From a virus: DNA of 64,000 nt. Location: IMG/VR virus record IMGVR_UViG_3300050014_000619; one strand, written 5' to 3'. Positions within the stretch are counted from its first letter, which is position 1. Every line of letters starts with the position of its first letter. Under the pieces are notes generated by a model that made no database searches, was not told where the DNA came from, and saw only the letters and a list, made by a program, of their open reading frames with translations. Shown here piece by piece: positions 37,446 to 47,097 of this stretch. The position numbers and the translations under genes were made by a program.

Positions 37446-40289
37446 ATGGCATTCATTGAGAAAAAAGACCCCGTAGTTTTAAATATTAAGCTGACCACAA
37501 AGGGTAGAGAATTACTTTCTACTGGTAATTTATCGTTTAAATATTATGCTATTGGTGATAGTGAAATTGATTATAAATTTAATAACGATACTGGATTTAA
37601 TCCCTTCAACGCAAATATCTTAAGACCAGCAGATAACAGTCCAAAGATTATATCATTTATACCAAGGAATATGTCTGGCAGTACATTCAATGCAATACCA
37701 AGCATCCCTAATACAACATATTTGGTCACTAATTCAACGCCAACAATTGGATTTTTTGACAGCACAACAGGTGCTACGTTTACATTTACAACCGATTCAA
37801 ATCATGTTAAACAACCGAATGTTTATGTCGATATGAGTGGAGTTACTGGCGGGACAAAATTACATTTGAGACTGATTCAGCCATTTAATGGTCAAGAACC
37901 TGCAACTGGTGACACAGTATTAATTAAATGGACATTTACTGTAGATACAACTGGATTTACAACACAAAAGAATAAGCCAGTAGCAATGTTGGTATATAAA
38001 ATTCAAGCCAAAACAGGTACTTTGGCAGCAGATAATTTATGGATTACTGTTGACAGACCATTGCCTAATTATACTGGTCTTGGTGCAACAGGTAGAGCAG
38101 GTGCGCTGGTTTATTATAATTTTATTAATTTTAGTGGTGACACGGTATTTAATATGAGTTCAACCGACTATATTGATCAGAGTGTAATAGATTTCTTTCA
38201 GAACAGTCAATGTCCGACAATAATATTCCCATTTTGGAATCTTTCGATTATATTTACTGACGAAATAGCTGGTGTCACTGGAAATAATAAGACATATGGT
38301 CAATTTAACACCAATGGATATGCTGGATTTGTTTCATATATTCAGACTCAACGACCTTTATATAAAAAATTAGGTGTTATACATTATACAAATGATTCAC
38401 CTGCTAACGTATATGCTGAAGGTTTTTATTTAAATTCTGCAAAAATTGATATGCCAACAATAATGTGGCATAATAATAGTGGAACTACTATTGGTGCAAG
38501 TTTTATATCTGCCAGTGGAAATGGCTTTACATTGGTTGATCTGGGCATTCACTATTTTGATCTTGTTGATGTCAACAGACCCAATATAAAAGTAGGTAAA
38601 GTATTTGATGAATTAAAAATATTTCTTATTGAAGATCAAGAATTATTATACGCAATGTCATATAAATCAAACAGGTCTTGGACTCTTCCACCATTTACAA
38701 TAAATGGCGGTAGTGGTGGTTGTCCACCTTGCCCATCTATATCAGACGGACAAACATTATTCGTACAAACAATAATTGGTACACCCGGTTCTATTAAAAA
38801 CACTGGTGGTAGAAATATTGTTGGATATCAAAATGTTACAGAATATGGTGTAGAATATAAATTAACTGGTGCTACTGATTGGACACGTATAGTTATTGGT
38901 AATAGTTTAGCTGCCGATAACTTCACTTACACTATTACTGGTACTACTCCAAGTGCATCATATAATTATCGTTCATATGTTAAAATCGGTAAGAACGAAT
39001 TTATTGATCATTCAAATGATAATAATGTAATTACAATGTTACCACCACCTGTAGTTCCACCTCCACCTCCACCTCCAATTATTCCTACTGTTGCAACAAT
39101 TGTTGGTAATGCAGGTATTGGTAGAATTATTAATACTGGTGGATTTAATATTGGTTGCACCAGTCCTATACCTCAAAGTGTATTTGTTGCTGTTGAAAAA
39201 TACGGTATGCAATATAAATTACATACAGATAGTGCTTGGTCATGTTCACCAGCAGTACTGAATGCAGGACCACTGGCTGTTGATAATTTCTCAACAACAA
39301 TTGCTGGATTAACTGAATGTGCTTGTTATGATTATGCAGCACTTATTCAAGTAGCTGGAATAAAATATTGTGGTGCATGTAATTCTCTTACAACTTGTGC
39401 TTCACCAGCACCAGTACTTTTTGTTCCTACTGTTACAACAGGTGTACCATTTAAATTACTTTCAACTTCTATGATTACCAAAAATAATTATGTTAATGAT
39501 AATGGCGGTACTGCAATTCTGGAATATGGTGTACTTTATTCACAAAATCCAGCGACTCCATTAATTTATGGTAATGCTGGAGTAGGAAAAGCATCGATAG
39601 TTGGTGATTACCCAGACACATCGCTTCCATTTACGATGACAATATCTCCGCTTACTGATTCATCTACTGTAAATTATAGAGCATTTGCAATAAACTCTGC
39701 TGGTATTGGATATGGTGATACAGCAAATACTACAACACCAGCAATACCCGCACCACCACAACAGGCATTACTTTACATTACAAATTCAACACAGTTGGGA
39801 GCAAATACTGATGTAAGAAGTTGTATTTGTGGAAAACTTGCAGTAACAGTACCTTTAACAGCAGGACAAACTGTTAGATTATGTTTTACCGATTGCGCAT
39901 ATTCACAATCAAGCAGTCCGTTACAACGTCAAATCAGTGCATGCTCATGGATAACAACAAGTGGTGGCGTTGGTGCAACACAATGCAATCCAATAAGTTC
40001 AGTGTTACCAATTAATTCTGTTGATAGTTGTTCTAATGAAAGTACTTCATTTGTTGATATTACTTCTGATAACATTGCCAATATAACATTATGGACAGTA
40101 GCAACAAGTCATGCAAGTAATGTCAGTGTACAATATCATAACGTTGCATCAGTTAATTTAGCTGCTGTGGTTAATTCTGGTGGTGCTAATTATACTATTG
40201 GAACATCACTTTTACAAGCATATAATACTTCATGCTGTGTAGGTGGCGGTGGTGGCGCAACAGGCGGTGGAACTTCAATGATACAATAA
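37446..40289 (+). CDS. Baseplate/tail-collar fibre-like protein with FN3 repeats
   Basis: LTTKGRELL...YAIGDSE N-terminus; three FN3-like units; Pro-rich linkers; Cys-rich tip. Confidence 0.65.
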   Translation: MAFIEKKDPVVLNIKLTTKGRELLSTGNLSFKYYAIGDSEIDYKFNNDTGFNPFNANILRPADNSPKIISFIPRNMSGSTFNAIPSIPNTTYLVTNSTPTIGFFDSTTGATFTFTTDSNHVKQPNVYVDMSGVTGGTKLHLRLIQPFNGQEPATGDTVLIKWTFTVDTTGFTTQKNKPVAMLVYKIQAKTGTLAADNLWITVDRPLPNYTGLGATGRAGALVYYNFINFSGDTVFNMSSTDYIDQSVIDFFQNSQCPTIIFPFWNLSIIFTDEIAGVTGNNKTYGQFNTNGYAGFVSYIQTQRPLYKKLGVIHYTNDSPANVYAEGFYLNSAKIDMPTIMWHNNSGTTIGASFISASGNGFTLVDLGIHYFDLVDVNRPNIKVGKVFDELKIFLIEDQELLYAMSYKSNRSWTLPPFTINGGSGGCPPCPSISDGQTLFVQTIIGTPGSIKNTGGRNIVGYQNVTEYGVEYKLTGATDWTRIVIGNSLAADNFTYTITGTTPSASYNYRSYVKIGKNEFIDHSNDNNVITMLPPPVVPPPPPPPIIPTVATIVGNAGIGRIINTGGFNIGCTSPIPQSVFVAVEKYGMQYKLHTDSAWSCSPAVLNAGPLAVDNFSTTIAGLTECACYDYAALIQVAGIKYCGACNSLTTCASPAPVLFVPTVTTGVPFKLLSTSMITKNNYVNDNGGTAILEYGVLYSQNPATPLIYGNAGVGKASIVGDYPDTSLPFTMTISPLTDSSTVNYRAFAINSAGIGYGDTANTTTPAIPAPPQQALLYITNSTQLGANTDVRSCICGKLAVTVPLTAGQTVRLCFTDCAYSQSSSPLQRQISACSWITTSGGVGATQCNPISSVLPINSVDSCSNESTSFVDITSDNIANITLWTVATSHASNVSVQYHNVASVNLAAVVNSGGANYTIGTSLLQAYNTSCCVGGGGGATGGGTSMIQ

Positions 40290-40309
40290 AAATTTAAATA
40301 AATAAAAGA

Positions 40310-41071
40310 ATGATACAAGATTTTTCAATATTTGCCACATACATTTTAGTACCAATAAGCGGTAACAGCGAAGCAATACACTGTAATTACATTCAGAGAT
40401 TGCCAATTGAAACCGATAATCTTAGCATACAGGAAGTTCTTATGAATTTCTCTGGTGGAACTACTGGTGCAACTGCTGGTTTTAAATTTTTAAATAGCAG
40501 TATTACTGGTAGTACTGCAGGTACTGGATTTACTGCAAATAAAATATATGCACTGATTCAAACTGGATTAACTAATCTTACTGGCACTACCACACCAGAC
40601 CCCGCTTTATGGAAAATGTATGATCTTACTTCCCAAATAACTAAGCCTACTCCACACATTGCAGGACAACCATTGACTGCAAAAGAATTAACACAGAATA
40701 ATTTTAAAATTCCGTTAAGCGATTACAATACCACTGGTTTTACTGCATATACACTGACATATCTTAATTATCCTACAAATTTACCAGCCGATGCAGATAA
40801 ATTATCATTTGGTGATGAAAAGTATTTTATGGGTAATGTTTCAGGAGAAATTCATGCTGATGTATTCGTAACTGATCTTTCAATTGTATTAAATCTTAAC
40901 GAATTTAATTCAAGCACAAATCTTACATGGGATGGAGTATCAAAAGTGGCAATAACAGAAATTGGTGTATATGATGCCAATATGAATTTAGTTGCTATTG
41001 GTAAACTAAATGACCCAATTGTAAAGGATTCAACTATCTCAAGAACAATCGTTTTTGATATAGATTTTTAA
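40310..41071 (+). CDS. Baseplate/tail-collar structural protein
   Basis: C-terminal ITEIGVYD...LVAIGKL..P motif typical of tail-collar fibre attachment domains. Confidence 0.62.
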   Translation: MIQDFSIFATYILVPISGNSEAIHCNYIQRLPIETDNLSIQEVLMNFSGGTTGATAGFKFLNSSITGSTAGTGFTANKIYALIQTGLTNLTGTTTPDPALWKMYDLTSQITKPTPHIAGQPLTAKELTQNNFKIPLSDYNTTGFTAYTLTYLNYPTNLPADADKLSFGDEKYFMGNVSGEIHADVFVTDLSIVLNLNEFNSSTNLTWDGVSKVAITEIGVYDANMNLVAIGKLNDPIVKDSTISRTIVFDIDF

Positions 41072-41086
41072 TTGTTGAAAATAATC

Positions 41087-41148
41087 ATAAAAATTTATAT
41101 TTTTTTATAAATTCTTAGTATTTATTATAAATTGTATAAAAATTTATA
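41087..41148 (+). promoter_or_regulatory. GTATTTAT motif flanked by four AATTTATA/TATAAATT boxes (possible operator)
   Basis: Boxes at 41092, 41106, 41126 and 41141 around the motif at 41118. Confidence 0.45.
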
Positions 41149-41154
41149 ATATAT

Positions 41155-41391
41155 ATGGGAAATAATAATGAAACAAAGCCTAAGTCAATTATAATTGATG
41201 GCGAACTACATAATAGGTTCAAAATATTATGTAAGGGTAAAAGTATGAAGATTGGCGGTATTATCGAAGACCTAATCAGGTTATATCTAAGATATCCGAA
41301 AGAAACTCAAAAACAGATTGATGAAATTAAAGAAGAGGAATCTTCAAAATTACTTCGTGCTCAAATGTTTGAAGCAGTAACTAAAAAATAA
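41155..41391 (+). CDS. Ribbon-helix-helix DNA-binding protein
   Basis: KSIIIDGELHNRFKILC...KIGGIIEDLIRLYL (beta-alpha-alpha pattern). Confidence 0.68.
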   Translation: MGNNNETKPKSIIIDGELHNRFKILCKGKSMKIGGIIEDLIRLYLRYPKETQKQIDEIKEEESSKLLRAQMFEAVTKK

Positions 41392-41394
41392 TTT

Positions 41395-42042
41395 ATGGAA
41401 AAGTATATATGGTCGTTGGATATAAGCACCACCAACATTGGTAGTGCATTGTGGAGTACAGATGGAAAGCTAATTGAATTAAAGCACCTTGAATTAAAAC
41501 TCGGTAAAGATATTAATATTGATGATCGCATAATTCACAAATCAGAAATATTCAGAAAATATGTTGAAGATTTTAAAAAGAGAATATTGAATGAACTTAA
41601 CGGTGAAATTAGTCATATTGTTGTGGAAGAACCTCTGGGTGGTAGTAATAACAGCAACACTGTTTCACTACTGTATGGTTTTAATGGCATATGTAGGTAT
41701 ATTCTCTTCAGAATATTCGACATTTACCCCAAAAAGATCAGCGTATACGATTCACGAAAGTTGTTCTGTACTGAATTGGTTCATACTTCAAAAAAGAAGA
41801 ATAGAAAGACTGGCGAAATTGAGGTTGTTGAAACGCTCTCATTTCCACCAGAATATATAAAAGAAAAAAAGTTGTATATTTGGAAAAAAGTTTGTACCTT
41901 AGAACCCCAAATCGAGTGGTTTTATAAGAAAGACTCAAATGAACCTAAAGACATGTGTTTCGATCTAAGTGATTCATATGCAGTAGGTTACGCTGGTTTA
42001 AAATTATTGGGAATTATAAAAGATGGGAAAAAGAATATATAA
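41395..42042 (+). CDS. ruvC: RuvC-like Holliday junction resolvase
   Basis: SLDISTTNIG, VVEE, DLSDSYAVG. Confidence 0.8.
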   Translation: MEKYIWSLDISTTNIGSALWSTDGKLIELKHLELKLGKDINIDDRIIHKSEIFRKYVEDFKKRILNELNGEISHIVVEEPLGGSNNSNTVSLLYGFNGICRYILFRIFDIYPKKISVYDSRKLFCTELVHTSKKKNRKTGEIEVVETLSFPPEYIKEKKLYIWKKVCTLEPQIEWFYKKDSNEPKDMCFDLSDSYAVGYAGLKLLGIIKDGKKNI

Positions 42043-42916
42043 TTTAGAATTTTTTAAAAAATTGGCAATTAGTAAAAACGGTGAATGTTTATCAACAGAA
42101 TACATTGCTTGTGATAAAAAATTAAAATTTAAATGTTCTTTTGGACATATCTGGGAAACAAAACCATACTATTTGGTTAACAACAATTCATGGTGTCCTC
42201 AATGTAACAAATCACATAAAGACAAGATTGAAACATTTCAAAAAATTGCCATAGAAAATGGTGGTGAATGTTTATCTACAGAATATATTAATGCTAAAAA
42301 TAAATTAAAATTTAAATGTGGTAAAGGACATATTTGGGAAACAACAGCAAATGATATTAAATATTCAAAAGTATGGTGTCCTTATTGTTCAAATAATGCT
42401 AAGTTAACTATTGAAGAAATGCAAGAAATTGCAAATAAAAGAGGTGGTAAATGTTTATCTGAAACATATATTGATTCACACACTAAATTATTATGGGAAT
42501 GTAAACATGGACATCAATGGATGGCTAAACCATGTCAAATAAAAAATTCAAATAATTGGTGTCCAATATGTAAAGAATCTTTAGGTGAAAGAACAATAAG
42601 TAATTATTTAAAACAAAATAATATTCTTTTTGAAAGAGAAAAGAAATTTAATGATTGTAAAGGAAAAAGACAAGTGCTTCCCTTTGATTTTTATCTTCCA
42701 GAGTATAGTATTTTAATTGAATTTGATGGCAGACAGCACTATGTGCCAGTTAATTTTTATGGATGTTCTGATGAACAAGCACAAAAAACACATATTGAAT
42801 TAATTGAAAATGATAAATTAAAAAATAAATATTGTATTGAGAATAATATTCAACTAATAAGAATACCATACACAGTAAAAAATGTTGAAGAACACTTAAA
42901 TAACGTTTTAAGATAA
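42023..42916 (+). CDS. Putative homing endonuclease (three Zn-ribbon repeats plus Vsr/PD-(D/E)xK)
   Basis: GECLS.EY...KC..GH.W...WCP.C x3; PFDFYLP...IEFDG.QH. Confidence 0.8.
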   Translation: MGKRIYNLEFFKKLAISKNGECLSTEYIACDKKLKFKCSFGHIWETKPYYLVNNNSWCPQCNKSHKDKIETFQKIAIENGGECLSTEYINAKNKLKFKCGKGHIWETTANDIKYSKVWCPYCSNNAKLTIEEMQEIANKRGGKCLSETYIDSHTKLLWECKHGHQWMAKPCQIKNSNNWCPICKESLGERTISNYLKQNNILFEREKKFNDCKGKRQVLPFDFYLPEYSILIEFDGRQHYVPVNFYGCSDEQAQKTHIELIENDKLKNKYCIENNIQLIRIPYTVKNVEEHLNNVLR

Positions 42917-43224
42917 TGAAATATGTTTATTTAATTCAATCACTGGAAAACGGATATTATAAGGTTGGTGTGTCAAAACACCCACAAAAGAGAATCGAAC
43001 AGTTGCAAACAGGTAACAGTTCAGAATTAAAACTGGTTGAAATATATCAATCAGAAATTGCAAATAAAATTGAAAAAATTTTACAAAACAGACTATCCCC
43101 TTATCGCAAGACGGGGGAATGGTTTGATATGCCTATGGAGAGTATTGCAAATTTTGGTCGTGAATGCCAGAGTATTGAGGAAATGATCGGCTTCCTTAAA
43201 AAAAATGATAATGTATTTATATAA
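42916..43224 (+). CDS. T5orf172/GIY-YIG-like nuclease
   Basis: YVYLI...YKVGVS..P..R..QLQTGN...GEWF. Confidence 0.8.
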   Translation: MKYVYLIQSLENGYYKVGVSKHPQKRIEQLQTGNSSELKLVEIYQSEIANKIEKILQNRLSPYRKTGEWFDMPMESIANFGRECQSIEEMIGFLKKNDNVFI

Positions 43225-43228
43225 AGTC

Positions 43229-43259
43229 TTGTCTTTATGACATTTTTGTTATAAGTTTG
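43229..43259 (+). promoter_or_regulatory. Bacteroidota-type promoter
   Basis: TTG-N20-TAAGTTTG; GTATTTATA also present at 43213. Confidence 0.68.
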
Positions 43260-43295
43260 ACGCAAAATTAAATAATTTTATCTAAGTTATGTAAT

Positions 43296-44753
43296 ATGGA
43301 AAGAAAACGAATTGAAAAAGCAGTAGAAATTATCGATTATGCAATCAAAAATCAAATATCAGTTAAAGAGGCATCCAAACAATGCGGAATGGCTAATACG
43401 TATGTGAAAAACGTTAAAGCTCTCGTATATGAATTATATTCAGAAGGTGAACTTGACAAAGAATTGTTCCAGTTATTCGATGAAGCATATAAACTCTATG
43501 TAGAGAATAAAGGTTTCGGGTATAAAGAAGATCAAATAACCGAAACAAAAAAACCCTCAGACATTCCATCTGATACATCAAACGAAAAAACCGAATTTAG
43601 TGTTAATGGTAACACAGCCACAATTGAGTGGAAAAGCGGTTCAAATTATCCCGCAGATCACATTAGAACACTTAAGCAATTACTTAAACTTGCAGAAGTA
43701 GATCAAAACCTTTGGGATGTCGCACAGTATACAGTAAATAAATGGGATGTTACTGCAGTTATTGATAAAATGCCCAGAACATTTCAGAATTTTCAGGTTA
43801 AAGCACGTCTGGATAAGAAACTCGCAGTTGTTAAAGAAAGAGCAATTGGCGAAATGTTTCTTGATATGGTGAAAAACTACAAAGCACCAGTACTTGAAAT
43901 TAATCCAAAAATTAGTTCTGTTGAAGGAAAAGAGAGTAGTAATCTCTTCGAAGTAACAATTTTTGACCTGCACTTAGGCAAACTTGCATGGGGTGGTGAA
44001 ACTGGCGAGAACTACGATACGAAGATTGCTCGTGAGAGATTTTTAACTACAATCAAAACACTTATAAAGAATGCCAGTGGATTTCAATACAATAGAATTC
44101 TTTTTCCAATCGGTAGTGACTTCTTCAACAGTGATACCATATTCAATACAACAACCAAAGGTACTCCACAGGATGAAGACTTACGTTGGCAGAAAACATT
44201 CAATGTTGGTGTAAGACTTCTCATTGATGCAATCAGCTTATTGAAACAAACGGGTGTACCAATTGACGTGGTGAATATCCCGGGTAATCATGACTTTGAA
44301 CGTAGTTTTTATTTGGGTTCATACCTTGAAGCATGGTTCAATCACGATTCTCAGGTGAGAATCAATAATGGTGCATCACCAAGAAAATATTATCGTTTTG
44401 GCAAGGTTCTTTTAGGACTGACCCACGGAAGCGAAGAAAAAGAGGGTTCATTACCATTGCTTATGGCAAGTGATATTGAATCAAAACCAATGTGGAGTGA
44501 TACGGTATATCATGAATGGCATGTTGGTCATATACACAGAAAAAGAGACGTGAAATACGTAGTTCTTGATAAATCAAGAATGACTAATGAAGATTTAGGC
44601 GTTACCGTAAGGTATCTGTCAAGTCTGACAGGTACGGAAGAATGGCATCACAAGAAAGGTTTTATTGGTTGTATTAAAGCAGGAGAAGGCTTTATATGGA
44701 ACGATGAAGCAGGTCTGGTTGCACATTTAAATGCAAACTTAATAATAGATTAA
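43296..44753 (+). CDS. Calcineurin-like metallophosphoesterase with N-terminal HTH-like region
   Basis: DLHLG, GSDFF, GNHD, THG, GHIH motifs. Confidence 0.82.
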   Translation: MERKRIEKAVEIIDYAIKNQISVKEASKQCGMANTYVKNVKALVYELYSEGELDKELFQLFDEAYKLYVENKGFGYKEDQITETKKPSDIPSDTSNEKTEFSVNGNTATIEWKSGSNYPADHIRTLKQLLKLAEVDQNLWDVAQYTVNKWDVTAVIDKMPRTFQNFQVKARLDKKLAVVKERAIGEMFLDMVKNYKAPVLEINPKISSVEGKESSNLFEVTIFDLHLGKLAWGGETGENYDTKIARERFLTTIKTLIKNASGFQYNRILFPIGSDFFNSDTIFNTTTKGTPQDEDLRWQKTFNVGVRLLIDAISLLKQTGVPIDVVNIPGNHDFERSFYLGSYLEAWFNHDSQVRINNGASPRKYYRFGKVLLGLTHGSEEKEGSLPLLMASDIESKPMWSDTVYHEWHVGHIHRKRDVKYVVLDKSRMTNEDLGVTVRYLSSLTGTEEWHHKKGFIGCIKAGEGFIWNDEAGLVAHLNANLIID

Positions 44754-44757
44754 CAAT

Positions 44758-45309
44758 ATGACAGCACAAAAAGGAAAAAGTTTAGTAAAATTTGCGAAGG
44801 GTAAAGGAAAAGAAACTAAAATCCCAGCAAAACCAAAGGTAGTAGCACCAGTTGAAAAACCGCTTACTCCTGAAGAAGAACGTGATATCAAAGCAAAAGA
44901 AACAGTGGCTTCCTTATTGGAAGGTGTTGATTTGACTTTGAAGAAAGACCCAGAACTTCTTGAAGTAGCACCAGAGGAAGCCGAAGATGAGGTTTCGAAT
45001 GATGTAGATTGGCTACAAGAACAGGTTCAAAAATTAGCTGAAGATAATGACAGACTGAAATCTGAAGCAGAAGTCGCAAAAGGTGATTATGCCAAAATTT
45101 ACGATGCATATCAGCAACTTAAAGGCGGTGTATCATTATCTGCTCCCGATGGAAATACTGAGGCAATAAGGTTAAAAGTAGTTCAGTTGTTTAATGAAAT
45201 TCAAGCACAGCACCTTTCATTGAGACACAACTTTATTATTTATCCTGAAGCATTCTTAAACAGGTTAATAGTGTTCTTTCCATTCTTGGATAGAGAGAAA
45301 AGATACTAA
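44758..45309 (+). CDS. Hypothetical coiled-coil protein
   Basis: 183-aa ORF. Confidence 0.65.
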   Translation: MTAQKGKSLVKFAKGKGKETKIPAKPKVVAPVEKPLTPEEERDIKAKETVASLLEGVDLTLKKDPELLEVAPEEAEDEVSNDVDWLQEQVQKLAEDNDRLKSEAEVAKGDYAKIYDAYQQLKGGVSLSAPDGNTEAIRLKVVQLFNEIQAQHLSLRHNFIIYPEAFLNRLIVFFPFLDREKRY

Positions 45310-45326
45310 TTTGAATTAAAATAACG

Positions 45327-45365
45327 AATTTGCTCTGAAACTGTTGTTTTGGAGCAAATTTTTTT
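45327..45365 (+). terminator. Intrinsic terminator overlapping the next promoter
   Basis: AATTTGCTCTGAAAC...GTTTTGGAGCAAATT plus T-tract. Confidence 0.7.
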
Positions 45366-45374
45366 ATATATTTG
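45344..45374 (+). promoter_or_regulatory. Bacteroidota-type promoter
   Basis: TTG-N20-TATATTTG upstream of the primase. Confidence 0.68.
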
Positions 45375-45398
45375 TCGTAATAATTATTGAATATATAA

Positions 45399-46478
45399 AT
45401 GAGTCATATTCGTGGTCAAGAGTTTCATGCTATAATTGAGAATGTATTTGGGGATGTCCAGAATTTAATGCAATCTGAACAGATACAGGTTTGTTGTCCA
45501 CATTGCCAAGAGCGTGAAGGTCTTAGCGAACCCGATGGTAAATTCAATCTGGAGATCAATACAGCCAGACGACAATTTCGTTGTTGGAAATGTGATGAAC
45601 CACAATTCAGTGGGTCTCTGGGTAGACTGATCAGAACATTTGGCACACATGCTGATTACGAAATGTATAAAGCATATGCAGGTTCATTTGATGACTATGA
45701 GTTTGAAGAAGATGAAAAAGAATATGTTGCAGTAAAACTTCCAGAAGAAATGATATTATTTTCACAAATGGAGGTTGGCAATCTTGAGCATTTTGAAGCA
45801 TATAATTATTTAGTTAATGAAAGAAAGATCAGCAGAGATATAATATTAAAATTTCGGCTTGGTTTTTGTACTACTGGAAAATATGCCAAAAGAATAATAG
45901 TACCGTCATACGATGCAAAAGGCGAGGTAAATTATTTTGTTGGCAGAACTTATGACCCAAAAGAAAAGAAAAGAAAATATTTAAATCCTTTTGCTGATAA
46001 GGATAAAATTATTTTTAATGAGGGTCTTGTAAATTGGGACTCTACTGTATACCTTGTTGAAGGTGCGTTTGAAGTGTTATCATTTCCTGTTAATATCATA
46101 CCGATGTTAGGAAAGACATTATCAACCACATTATTTATGAAACTGAAAGATTTAAAACCAGATGTTGTTGTATTGTTAGACCCTGACGCATATAAAAGTA
46201 GTATCGAACTGTATTATAAATTACATAATATCTACATTGATTGCGAAGAAAGGGTACGATTAGTTAAATTACCCACAATGGATGATTTGGATGAACTCAG
46301 AAGACATGAAGGTCAGGATGCTGTAATAAAAGCATTGCGTACCGCAAGGGGTTTAACTGTCGATGATTACTTTATTAATAAGTTGCAGAAACCCTATGAT
46401 AGAAAAGGATACGGAAGACGTGATGTTGATTCAAAATATTTTGAATGGAGATCGGGTAGCACAAGAAACGTTTTATAA
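45399..46478 (+). CDS. dnaG: DNA primase (Zn finger plus TOPRIM)
   Basis: CPHC...CWKC; RIIVP...YFVGR; KYLN; LVEG; LDPD. Confidence 0.87.
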   Translation: MSHIRGQEFHAIIENVFGDVQNLMQSEQIQVCCPHCQEREGLSEPDGKFNLEINTARRQFRCWKCDEPQFSGSLGRLIRTFGTHADYEMYKAYAGSFDDYEFEEDEKEYVAVKLPEEMILFSQMEVGNLEHFEAYNYLVNERKISRDIILKFRLGFCTTGKYAKRIIVPSYDAKGEVNYFVGRTYDPKEKKRKYLNPFADKDKIIFNEGLVNWDSTVYLVEGAFEVLSFPVNIIPMLGKTLSTTLFMKLKDLKPDVVVLLDPDAYKSSIELYYKLHNIYIDCEERVRLVKLPTMDDLDELRRHEGQDAVIKALRTARGLTVDDYFINKLQKPYDRKGYGRRDVDSKYFEWRSGSTRNVL

Positions 46479-47046
46479 AAAATACGAAAAAATAATTAGA
46501 GATTTTATACGAAGCAAATTTCCACCATTAAAACATCAAGACGATCTTGATGATTGTGTGCAAATGATCTTAATTCAAGTCTTTGAACATCTTAAAACAT
46601 ATGATCAGGAAAAATCCAGTGTGAAAACATGGGTATTAGCTATCACTAAACACTTCATGATTAGTGAATCAAGAAAGCCAGTCTCAATGTTTAATAACTG
46701 CACAATATCACTGAGTAATAATTCTGGTCAGAATCTCGTATTCAACGGTGAATCTACAGTGTGGGCTAATGGTGGTGTTGTGACCTCAACAGGTATTGAT
46801 GGCTCTGCAGTAATAGGTAATTCATCATTTAGTTGTAGTGGGATGGATTTTGAGAACTGTAATTCCGTATCATATATTTCCTCGCAACTTTCACCTGAAG
46901 ACTTTAGTTTGTTGAATATGAAGTATATTCAAGGCTATGATTATAATGAAATTGCACAAGAATTTAATCTCACCAGCAGTACAATCAGCAACAAAATAAA
47001 TTACATAAAAAGCAAAATCAAAAAGAATAATAAGGAAGAAATATAA
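46396..47046 (+). CDS. Sigma-70 family (ECF-like) RNA polymerase sigma factor
   Basis: Region 2 DLDDCVQ...YDQEKSSVKTWV..I; region 4 YNEIAQEFNLTSSTI; likely ATG at 46396. Confidence 0.82.
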   Translation: MIEKDTEDVMLIQNILNGDRVAQETFYKKYEKIIRDFIRSKFPPLKHQDDLDDCVQMILIQVFEHLKTYDQEKSSVKTWVLAITKHFMISESRKPVSMFNNCTISLSNNSGQNLVFNGESTVWANGGVVTSTGIDGSAVIGNSSFSCSGMDFENCNSVSYISSQLSPEDFSLLNMKYIQGYDYNEIAQEFNLTSSTISNKINYIKSKIKKNNKEEI

Positions 47047-47051
47047 AACCC

Positions 47052-47082
47052 TTGCATTTAACGTGTAAGATCGATATATTTG
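47052..47082 (+). promoter_or_regulatory. Bacteroidota-type promoter
   Basis: TTG-N20-TATATTTG, 15 nt before the ATG at 47098. Confidence 0.72.
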
Positions 47083-47097
47083 TAAAAATTTTTATTA

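Noticed and set aside
32864-40289. Diversity-generating retroelement acting on fibre/FN3 repeats
   Set aside because: No reverse transcriptase in the window and no near-identical repeat pair differing only at adenines
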